Shown here piece after piece: positions 13,979 to 24,420 of a DNA stretch of 64,000 bases. The position numbers and the translations under genes were made by a program. The stretch is from Mobula hypostoma (lineage: Eukaryota): NCBI RefSeq assembly GCF_963921235.1, contig NC_086099.1, forward strand, positions 154,814,001 to 154,878,000, written 5' to 3'. Under the pieces are notes generated by a model. The model had not been told where the DNA came from, ran no database searches, and saw only the letters and a program-made list of their open reading frames with translations. Every line of letters begins with the position of its first letter. Position 1 is the stretch's first letter.

Positions 13979-14991
13979 TAGAAGATTGAGGGGAGATTTG
14001 ATAGAGGTATACAAAATTATGAGAGTATAGATAGAGGGTCCTGAGAGTGTGGAATGAGCTGCCAGTGCGAGTGGTGTATTTGAGCAGGATTTCAACGTTT
14101 AAGAGAAGTTTAGATTGGTACGTAGATGGTCGGTGTTTGGAGGGCTATGGTCTTGGCGCAGGTCGATGGGAGTAGGCAGGTTAAATGGACTAGATTGGCC
14201 AAAGGGCCTGTTTCTGTGCTGTACGTTCCTATGACTATGGAAAGCCCAGGTAACCTCAGGCCCATTCATGACCGTTAAACATGCAATGCATGAGACAACG
14301 GTCATTGGTTGACATCAGTATGCATGTCCATTGGCTCCAGTGGCTAAATGTCATCTAAATTGGATTACATTTCCAAAATGAGAGTGTTTGCATAAGGCAT
14401 ACTCTGATAGTGATTACATTTTATTGCCGCGGTGATTAAAATCATTTGCTATGCAACCGAATTTCTATATCAACATGACTTTAAGTTATATTGATATGTT
14501 TTAGTGTAATCAAAAGCAATCTGGCATATGGATTGGACATTAACTCCATGAAATTCACCATTTAAAAAAAAAAGTCCAGCAGAAGGGGAAAGGAGATGGG
14601 GAATGGATACAAGAAATAACGGTTGAATTATTCATTAGAGCCAACTGTTCAGCAGTCCCAACAAAATTCATTTTAATGAAATGTGTATCTTCAGCACTTC
14701 AAGGCCTCTTAAAGGGGCAACACTGAGGTTCAGAACAGCTAACACATGTTTCTCAATCCAGTGACCAGTGATCAGGTTCTAAGTGAATATTTTGTTGCAA
14801 GATTGAAGCAACGGACCACAATCTTTTCATTTTGGAACTGGTTCCGGGAAGATAATGTTAAAGGCATCAAGAGGCATGGCTGAGTATAGGAATATGTCAG
14901 TGAAATTGAGGATCAGATATGATCAGATTAAGTGACAGTAACTGTGAAGAGCTAAATAACCTTCTCCTATTTCTTATGTCTCTGTCAATAC

Positions 14992-15016
14992 CTTTGCATA
15001 CTGATACATTTTACTC
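14992..15016 (-). other. Candidate 25-nt micro-exon
   Basis: ttttttttccttggtgttcacag|GAGTAAAATGTATCAGTATGCAAAG|gtattg; splice signals only. Confidence 0.2.
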
Positions 15017-15539
15017 CTGTGAACACCAAGGAAAAAAAAATAATTATGAACTATGCTCCTCTTGAGACAAGTACAGTGATTTCTGGAAACAAATACAAGT
15101 TTCAGAAACAAGGAGAAAATTACACTGGAACATATGAAACATTTGAGAGAAGGTTGGAGAGTATTGCGATTAGATAGCCAAGAAGAGAAGCAAAAACACT
15201 TTTGATTCATTCCAAAAGTAATTAGAAAAGGAAACCTGAAGTAACCATGGAAGGAATGAATCAATATTTCAAATGGCTCCTGTAATCATTTTCTTGATCC
15301 ATGAGAAATGATCTGTTCTATCCACTTCTGTGTCTCCTTACTTCCAAAGATTAGGCTATTTGGCTTTGCCATTCAGTACGAGCATGGCTGATGTGATCTT
15401 GGCCTCAGCTTCTGCCTGATCTCCTTAGGTTTTGATTCTCCCAAGTTTTTAATCTATTGTAGCCTTAAATATATTTAATAACTCAGACTCTATATCTTTC
15501 TTTGATAGGAATTGCAAACCTTCGAAGACAGAGCTTAGG

Positions 15540-16345
15540 AGGGTTAATGGCGCCTAATGGTGACTCCTTGGCTTGCATATTCAGAAACAGCTCTATTTCC
15601 ATCTTTAATGTCTTTATTTTTCCCTTTAAGGGTTCTTTTGAGGATCCTGACATGGAGTTACACGCTGACTATGGTTCTTTGTGGGAATGGGACCCGCTCT
15701 AGGGGTTCCATAACTGGCCGCTGTTCGGCACGCCAAAGGCTCAGCCTAATAGTCTGGCTCAGATTCGAAGCCTAGAATCTTGGGGCTCTGGAGATGGGCT
15801 GATCAAGGGTCAGTGTCACGACAGGAGACCCATGTGTCGTCGGGGGAGTCGAAATATATGAGGCTCTGTGCCTGGTGACCCAGGATCTTTGCGATCTTCA
15901 GGTACAGAACTCGAAAAAAGCTACATAACGGACTTTTAACATCGTAAACCAGCGAGTTGTTTGTTATGTCTCTCCGCTTGCTGGGAAAATGGAGACATCT
16001 CTTTCTCCCTCATCAGGGAGAGAGAGAGAACCTGCAGTATGTCGAATACCAGGCGTAATGCAAAGTCTTTTGTGGTAACTACAACTCTGTGTCCTTGCTA
16101 TTCCTTTGCTCACACTTGAGTGCTTGGTGGCAGAGCCAATGCCTTTTTTTTGCTAGTGGGGGAGGCGAGATTGTTGCTCGCTGCCGCTTACCCATGGGAG
16201 GGGGGCTCTTTGGGGTTCTAACATTTAACTGCTGTTCATTCTTTGGGGCAGTCCTCTGTTTTTGTGGATTGTTGAGAAGAAAAAGCATTTCAGGATGTAT
16301 ATTGTATACATTTCTCTGACATTAAATTGTACATTTGAACATTTA
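15540..16345 (+). mobile_element. Longer copy of the non-coding LINE-tail repeat family, inserted in an old CR1 3' fragment
   Basis: Shares its 3' ~350 bp with 6626-6982 and its tail with ~40700-40790; starts ATGGCGCC. Confidence 0.7.
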
Positions 16346-17497
16346 CCTCCATCTTAAATGAAGGATACTTCATTCTGGAGACTTATCACTGAGTTGCAGA
16401 TTCTCCCAGAAAGATCCATCCTCTTGGCAAACAATACTCAAACCTCCTTAAGATATATTTCAATAAGGTAGCCTTTCAATCTTCTAGACTCCAAAGGGTA
16501 TAAGCCCAACATGCTCAATCTGAAAGTGACGTAGAGTAGTTGAAGATGGCTTATATTGCTAATGAGGTATTGCGGCATTAAGATATGGTTTAAACACATT
16601 TGTCAAAGGAGCATTACTATGTAATTATTTTAGTTCAATTAGCTTTCTGTTTATTATTAAACATTTTAATGCAGTCAAATAATTGCCAAGAGGATTATTT
16701 ATCTGACTGAGTTTGTGAGTGGTAAATAGTGTCTGAACTACCATGAGGCACTGAGCTGCATGGAGCTAGGAAATATTCCTGGGACCTTCAGTGACTGTCA
16801 CAGTTTTGCCCACAGGATTTAATGAAATCTGTTAAAGATCACATATAGACATTGATGAGGGGTCTTTGCTTGAGGCTAGAAGGACTGCTCAGGAATATAC
16901 TGTGAAAAAGGAGACTGAGATAACATCAACTCTCCGAAGGGCTGCAAGGGGAAAAGTCCATCCATTACTATCTGCTATTAAGTATAGGATTTTATTACGT
17001 CCTAACTGTAGATTTTTTGACCTTTTAACATTAATACTGTCAGCTACTGTTCTATTTCATCCATACACTGCCTTGGTTGAACATCACCGACAGATCCTTT
17101 CACAATGGCTACTCAGTGTTCACAGAGGAGAGACCTGATCATGAAATTCATCAAGCTGCGGCTGATCGAGTTGTTGTAGGTGCAGTCTCTCCCATCTCAG
17201 CTTGTAACTCTCCAGAGTTGGCATAGGTTTCTTGGTGGCCTCTCTCACTAGTCCCTTTCTTGCATAGTCACTCAGTTTTTGAGAATGGCCTGCTCTTGGC
17301 AGACTTACAGCTGTACTATTCTTTCTATTTCTTGATGATTGACTTAACTGTATCCAAGGGACATTCAGTGACTTTGAAATTTTCTTGTTTCTATCTCCTG
17401 ACTTGTGCTTTTCAATAACCTTTTCATGGAGTTGCTTAGAGTGTTCTCTTGTCTTCAAGGTGTAGTTTTTGCCAGGATATTGACTCACCAGCAGTTG

Positions 17498-19459
17498 CTT
17501 CTTCTTCTTCTTTGTTTTATGGCAGTTGGCAACCAGTTTTCAGTGCATTACCGCCACCTGCTAGACTTCTTGTGTTCCAACCAAATATGTCCTGTAGTTC
17601 TCTACTTTATACAATCTAGTTCAGCCTGCAGTTCTCTATTAGCATCACTCAATTCCTCGTGAATGCTTAATGCGCTCATTAGATAATGCCGCAAGCTGCT
17701 ATTCTTCCCTAATTTTGTCACATATTTTCGTGTAGTTGCATTACCTCAATTACATTGATTTCATCTACATCACTTGTAAGACTAAAATCGTCTTGGCAAA
17801 GAATAGTAACTATCGCACGTTATAGTTTTAAAATTGCTGTTTTTCCAAGTCTATCTGCTTTTTCAGGTTTTCTTTTTCTTGGATCGTAGCCCTGCTGTTG
17901 TTTACTGAGACTTCGGAGTTCTTCTTCATTTGCTTCCATGTTTTCATTTTATAATCTGAATGTAGAAAATTCACTTTGCAACAAATTCTTTTTCCTTTTG
18001 TATCCTTGTAATAATTTCCTCCATTTTCCAATCTCTTTCCAACTCACCATTGTTCTTGTCGGGTACTTCTATTTGTTGTTGGAGTTCTGCACATTTACCT
18101 TGCGCTTCAACCATAAAATCTGAGCATTTTCCTTAAGTTCTGAAACATTTCTTAAATTCTTGACCATTTGCAATAAATATACTGCCATCAAGATTCCATC
18201 TCCCCTGCCTGTGAACTGTTGGATCCTCCATTCAGCATTTCTTTGACTTCTTCCCACCTAATCCCGTTAATACCAAGATACTTTTCTGCAGACTTGATGA
18301 CAATTTTAATTTTCTCAGTTCTTTTGCTTGTTTGCGCTGAACAACTAATTGCATCCACCATAAAAAGCACAAAATCCTTTCTACTCATTAACAGTGTATC
18401 CTTATTTTTCATATTACAGCTCTCACAATTCACCAGTTTATTATTCCCTGTATTTGTTTGCTTGACAACCTTTTTTCATCAAATTCTTTCACTGCCTCTG
18501 CATAACTGATTCCTTGAGTTACTTTTACATATTGTATCTCAGCCGCCTTCTTGCTATAAATGCACCCCCGATTAGCTGCGCTGTGTTCCTTGCCACAATT
18601 GCAGCATTTCAGCCTAGCGCCCGCTTCACATTTCCCATATTCATGTATTCCAGCACATCTCCCACATCTTTGTTTTCCTCTACAGACAACCGCAATGTGC
18701 CCGAATTTCTGACATTTATAGCATCTTAAAGGCGGTGGTATAGATATTCTAACCGTATAACACATATATCCTAAGTAAACGTTAGTCAGCAATCTCTCTT
18801 CATCAAAGTTAATCATTGCCAATAAACTATCACACTTTTTCCCATTTCTTGTAACTTTCAAACATTTGGCCTCAATAATTTTTGTTCCTTTTACATTCTG
18901 TTTAATCTCATCCATAGTAACTTTTGTTGGTATCCCCGAAATAACTCCTCTAGTCCACTTTCTATTGTTGGGTATTGAGTTTTGTACTCCTTTGCCGTCT
19001 ATTTTACATAATCTTATCACTTTGCCTTGCTGAGCACTATCCCGACAAATCACTAATAACAATCCATTTTGTAAAATCTTTGCTCCTTTAATCTCGCCTA
19101 TAATTTTGTTGAGCATCTTTGTCAAACAAATTGGGTTCCAATCACAAAATAACACCCCATCTTCACTTAGTTTTATAATTGCTTTGATCTTAATCTTCTT
19201 TCCATTGTTTTGCTGTCCTGTTTTGATCATCCACTGAGTCCTCAGAGTTTGATATCCCGTACCTCTGCTTTCTTTTCTTCCTCTTTTCATTCTGTTCCTC
19301 TTTCCCGCCGACCTCCATCTCTAGTTCACTTCCATTCTCGCCAAAAACTTCCTTCAACAGCTTGGCTCTTTCCTTGATGTTCTCTCTCTCTGCCATTTTC
19401 CAGTCACAACTCAGAATCCAACTCCTATCACTCAAAACAGCACTGGCTGCTCCCCAGAC
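17498..19459 (-). mobile_element. Nimb (I-group) LINE with ORF1 and a largely deleted ORF2
   Basis: ORF1 with PRE_C2HC-like region and three CCHC knuckles (RCYKCQKFGH, CGRCAGIH, CCNCGKEH); ORF2 start IANGQEFKK; 3' end GGCGGTAATGCAC...ATAAAACAAA(GAA)n; TSD CCAGCAG(T/C)TG at 17488-17497 and 19460-19469. Confidence 0.85.
18430..19290 (-). CDS. Nimb ORF1 gag-like zinc-knuckle protein (frameshifted copy)
   Basis: 286-aa ORF with three CX2CX3-4HX4-5C motifs; flanking parts lie in other frames (19190-19528, 18188-18433). Confidence 0.75.
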   Translation of the reverse strand: MKRGRKESRGTGYQTLRTQWMIKTGQQNNGKKIKIKAIIKLSEDGVLFCDWNPICLTKMLNKIIGEIKGAKILQNGLLLVICRDSAQQGKVIRLCKIDGKGVQNSIPNNRKWTRGVISGIPTKVTMDEIKQNVKGTKIIEAKCLKVTRNGKKCDSLLAMINFDEERLLTNVYLGYMCYTVRISIPPPLRCYKCQKFGHIAVVCRGKQRCGRCAGIHEYGKCEAGARLKCCNCGKEHSAANRGCIYSKKAAEIQYVKVTQGISYAEAVKEFDEKRLSSKQIQGIINW

Positions 19460-20749
19460 CCAGCAGCTGGACCTTTTAGTTACAGGTGTATTTTTACTAC
19501 AATCAATTGAAACAGCTTGACTGCACACCAGTGATCTCCATTTAACTAATTATGTGACTTCTATAACCAATTGGCTGCACAAGTGATGGTTTGGCGTGTC
19601 ATATTAAAGGGGTGAATACTTATGCAATTAATTATTTTGTGTTTTATATTTGTAATTACAAACATTTGTAATTTAGATCACTTTGTAGAGATCTGTTTTC
19701 ACTTTGACACAAAAGAGCCTTTTCTATTGATCAATATTAAAAAAAAGCCAAATTCAATTCACTGTGATTCAATGTTGTAAAACAATAAAACATGAAAACT
19801 TCAAGGGGGGGGTGAATACTTTTTATAGGCACTGTAGCAATAGAAAATCACAGATCACACAGGAGGTGCTCAAACAGGGATTTCACCATTGCATCTAACA
19901 GAATGGACCAATGGAATCCCTTTTGATTTGCATCTTATTGGGTTTTACCTTGTAAATGATTTTCCTGATTCAAGCAGTATTTAAGAACATGCTCAGTTAG
20001 GTGACATTGGTATTTAGGGAGAAGTCTGTGTAATCAGTGATGCCTCATAAACTAAGAACGGTGCTCTGGGACTTTTTTTGATCAACTGGCTTGAGTTCGT
20101 GCTTGATTACTACTGGCTGGCAAGGGTGCTTTTCAAATTATGAAGTTAAGAGGAATGGCTCACTGCAACTTGGTGTATGACTGTGGAAGAAATACAACAG
20201 GTGCCACATATTTCAGAATAACTTCAGATTTAAAGTCAGTTCCCACCCATCAGTTCTGCTTCTCTTCCTCTGTAAAGATATATGAAGGCAAATTCTGAAC
20301 AAGAGACTCCTAAGGGAATCTAGAAAATAAGAGCAAGTTTACATTGTGAAATGAAACTTCAGCTCAATGCTGCCCATTCTTTTTAAATGTTAAATAAACA
20401 GGTAAGATAGTGTCAGTCAGCAGTGATTACTTGATCAGGGTAGAGAGACAATAAAGCAATTCTTGCTGATTGTTTTGGTCGTGTGAAATGTTGTGTCCTA
20501 CCACTGAGACATTTACAGCTTTTCCCAATTATGTATCTGTGAATGGTCTATTGGTTCAATTGCTTAAACTGAAACATCTGACTCCAGGAAAGTCCCAGAA
20601 GGAATTTCATTTCAGTCATTGAATGTAGATGACATTAGCTTGAAATGTTAGCTCTTCACTGCAACTCCTTATCTCTTGCATGCCTGTCTACACAACATAC
20701 TGTAAAAACACTTGTTCCCACCTGCTTTAGCTACAATGGTAAATTTTCA

Positions 20750-22005
20750 TAAGAGCACAATACATAGGAGCAGAATTAGGCTATTTCACCCATCTTGCCT
20801 GCTCCATTATGTTTGATTCTTTTGCCTTCTCACCATAACATTTGATGACCTTACTAATCAAGAACCTATTAACCTCTGCTTTGAATATACACAATAACTT
20901 GGCCTCCACAGCCATCTGTGGCAATGAATTCCACAGTTTTACGATGCTCTAGCTAAAGAAATTCCTCCTTATCTCTGTTCTAAAGGGATGTGTTTCTCTT
21001 CTGAGGCTGTACCTTCTGGTTCTAGATTCCCCCACCATAGTGTTGATCAGACTCAAAAAACTCGAACAATTCAAATGTCCAGGAGATGAGGTAATAAGCC
21101 TTCAAGCAAACAAAGTAACTTATGCCTAATTTATTATTTTAAAACAGAAAGCACAAATAAACCACACAAAATGTTATGTAGTATGTCACAAAGATTTCAG
21201 GGCCCACAATTCGTAGTGCCGGCTTGATTGTCACTGTTGTCGGGGGAACTCATGAAACCACCCTGACTCTGGGTCCTAGGCACCAATCGATCATGATCCT
21301 TCTGTCTAGGTGAAGTCCTGAGAACCGAGCAAAAAGTACACCAATAAGTTGGAAGTTCCATCAGCATAGAGAGACTCGCAGAGACAGACTAACTCTTTGA
21401 TCTTTTTTTTGATGCCACCAACTCAGCATGGTTTCTTTCAAACAACTCGTGTCCTCATCAACAGACATTGTCATGCCAGTGATGCCTTGAGGCCAGGAAA
21501 GACTCCAGATGCTATCAGCAAACATTAGACATTAACAATTCTACAGTGTTTAACTTGTACAGACACCTTGACACCTTACATGCTGTGAGCTCACCAAGAG
21601 TTACAGTGTCACTTGGAACTGTTCAGATTTGCACCTAATATTTTACAAAGTTTAATACACCACAATATATATAGGAAACATCTTCTTTATGTCCAGACCT
21701 TTCAATATTTGATAGGTTTTAATGCGATCCCCTTCATTCTTCTAAACTCCAGCGAGCACAGGCCCAAAGCCATCAAATGCTCCTCATATGTTAACCCTTT
21801 CATACCCTGGATAATTCTTGTGAACCTCCTCTAGACCCTCTCCAATGCCAGCATATCCTTTCTTAGATCACATCTCAAAACTGCTCACAATACTCCAAGA
21901 GTAGTGTAACCAACATCTTGTTAAGCCTCAGCATTACATCCTTTCTTCTATATTGAAGTCCTCTCAATGAATGCTCACATTGTCTTTCCTTCCTTACCAC
22001 AGACC
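20750..22005 (-). mobile_element. CR1 3' fragment split by an insertion at 21041-21664
   Basis: CR1 3' UTR text; CCCCACCATAG continues as ATAGGAAACATC. Confidence 0.8.
21041..21664. mobile_element. Candidate solo LTR
   Basis: 624-bp insert starting TGTTG and ending CACCACA, flanked by ATAG / (ATATAT)ATAG; no ORF. Confidence 0.5.
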
Positions 22006-22919
22006 AATACTATTGATAATTGATCTGTTGCCCAAGGTGGGAAAGTTTATGGCCACTGGTGATACCTGTTGAGTGGAGGTCCTCTGAAAAGGCTCTAATT
22101 TTTCTAGAGATGAGATTGCTTTAATCAAGATTCACCCATATACTTAAGTAATGGACACAGGGATAGAATTATGTTACTGAAAATTAGAAGCATGATTTGA
22201 AAAAGAGAAAAAAGTATGATTAGGCAACCCAGTTCCTCAAGTCAGCTCCACCATTTTGTAAGATCGTGGCTGGTCTGCCTGTAGTCACTTGTCACACTTT
22301 TGAACATCAAGGATTGACCTGCTATTGCCTTGAAAATACTCTGCTTCCATCACTCTTTGAGGAAGGAAGTTCCAAAAACTTGCAATCCATTTCTGTTAAG
22401 ACTTTGGCCTCAGCTTTCTTTTATTTTTAGTTCTGTCTTAGTTCCCAATTCTTCCTCAAGAGAAAAAGTACTTTTAACATCCAGCCTCTCAAGATCTCTC
22501 AGGTTCTTATGTGCTTCAATCAATCTTCACTCTTCCTAACTCTAATGCATACAAGTTTAACCTGCCCAACCTTTCCTGGCATTTGATCATCAACATTGAT
22601 CTGCTTCCAATGCACTAACGTTCTTCCAGTGTTTTGGCAAAGGGTCCCAGATGCAAAACATTAACTGGCTCTCTTTCTACTTCCTGCTAAGTGTTTCTAG
22701 CAAGTTTTTTTTTATTGAAGGAAGGGTGTCCAATATAACAACTTTTGTATTAATGGATTTTAAACTGAACCATTCAACCTGAAAAACAATATATAAGGGA
22801 ATATTATGTGACTGTTCTTGATATCCACTGGTGATAATAAAGTGCTGAGAGTATGGAGAGGATTACTTGTAACGCAATGTTCTGAAGGGTGTTCACTAGG
22901 ATTGTTTCTTTATAAGAGA

Positions 22920-23620
22920 ACCCTTATTGCCTGTTGAGGACATCCCTTCAGATTCTCCACTGTCTTCCTTGCTGTTCCTGATGCTCTTCTCTTTGCTACT
23001 CTTAGACCTCAGCTCAGAGCCTCTTGGCTGTTCCTCTAAGGCACTGGCTGTGGACTCCCGTTGGCCTGGTTACACAGCTGCAGTACCACATGTTGGCATG
23101 CTCTGCATTGTGCCCATGGATTGTGGAAGATGTTAGATTTTTACTTCCAGGAGACCAATGGTATCTTCACAAGTACCTTTTATTCTGTGATTGATGTTGC
23201 GTGAGTGCTCTGTTGAAGTGGTGGGAGCGGTACGGGGTCAAAATCCATGTAGGACAGCACTACCTGAAACATGTGCAAAGCTGCTTGCTAAAGATGTCAG
23301 GCAGTGTGGAGTTTCAAAGGATAAAGGAACAGCACAAGTTCCATGTACCTGGCATTGACCACCAGAAGAATCTTCTCATGATCCACGGCACCCTGAGCAT
23401 TGAGCAAGTGCCATTGAGGAAGCGATTTCGGCCACTGGAACATGAGTGTTGTTGCTGGCAGACTGTGCAAATCCTTATGCAAGAGATGCAATTGGCTCTT
23501 CATTAAAGTCAAAGCATTAAAAGTTGTTCCCGGTGTCATTACAGAGCTGGGTAAATACTCATTTTTCTCGTGCAATCCATCCAGGTTGGAGTTGAGTTTT
23601 TTCATCACCAGTTCTGTGGG
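22920..23620 (-). mobile_element. Degenerate PIF/Harbinger transposase (DDE_Tnp_4) relic
   Basis: Across frames: NTHVP, LNAQGAVDH...VVNARY, WILTPYR, FNRA, EDTIGLL, in the order of HARBI1-type transposases; many stops. Confidence 0.7.
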
Positions 23621-23899
23621 AAGAGATCATCAGTGAAGAAGGGGTCAAGAAAGCTCCTTGTATCATAATCACCGTAATCAGAAATTCTTGATAATGGTCA
23701 TAATTTTGACCTTCTGAGACACCTTACCTACTGTACGTTTTGCGTGAGAAGTTAAAATGACAAGTGCAACAGGAGGTCAAGAAATTATTGTTATTTTGAC
23801 TGGAACAGATCAGAAAGACCAGTCAGGAGTAGCTACGAGCATCTCTGAATGACCTGGGTTTCAATTATTATATAGAATTTGAAAAAGTGGTTGTTGCTC

Positions 23900-24420
23900 A
23901 TTAAATAGCTTCAGGTATGATCTCATCTTTCCAAAAATTCTATGGGAATAGGATATTTGCAGATGGCTGTCCCTGATCCTCCTGAATCATCAGTGATGCC
24001 TACCACAGGGCTACCAGTAGAATAAAATACTGCCAACAATATAACTACTGAATCATGCATCACACGAGTTTTACAACAATGCGCTGCGATTACAAGCCTT
24101 CTCTGGTGTTATATATGCATTCTGGAAGAGGCTTCAGTAATATGCAGCTAATTTGGGAGCTGCCTTGGTAGAAAGTACTAAAGTCAGCAAAGTCTTTAAA
24201 CCCTGTTATAGATATCATATTGAGGTCCATGTTCCCTTGAAACTGTTCCACAATTGTTTTCTTCTGAAGCTTTGAGATCAACCTTATTTGTCAGGGTTTG
24301 AAATGTCCATAGCACAATGGCGCATGTCATTGGAAGCACAGCTGACTCTAGGAGGATGTTGGATGCACCAAAAATGGACTCTGATTGGACATGCCTGGTC
24401 CCGTTTTGCAATTGCTGTGA
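23900..24420 (-). mobile_element. Possible second Harbinger transposase relic
   Basis: GFKDFADF, YNTREG, MHDSVILL and YPI resemble GF..IAGF, NRKG, HDS.IL and YPL. Confidence 0.35.

Larger units (their letters stand above)
2845..14235 (+). mobile_element. Old CR1 LINE (outermost host of the nest), in pieces 2845-3371, 5211-5350, 11981-13711 and 13979-14235
   Basis: APE remnants (GDFN, LDLL, DHN); RVKKNPKGF; DKSPEPDG; RT motifs YMDFSKAFDKV, VTSGVLQRSVLG, FVND; CR1-type 3' end. The text is continuous across the insertions (GGCTGTTTC | TCTGGCAA). Confidence 0.85.
17140..19834 (-). mobile_element. Tc1-like DNA transposon (5' TIR plus N-terminal transposase), interrupted by Nimb
   Basis: TA|CAGTGCCTATAAAAAGTATTCACCCC end at 19834, inner DR at ~19606-19627; ORF 17120-17488 gives a paired-like HTH (KTREHSKQLHEKVIEKHKSG...KKISKSLNVP). 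Confidence 0.88.

Noticed and set aside
16866-17138. 90-aa plus-strand ORF
   Set aside because: No homology recognised; stop codons follow the nearby acceptor in the frames checked.
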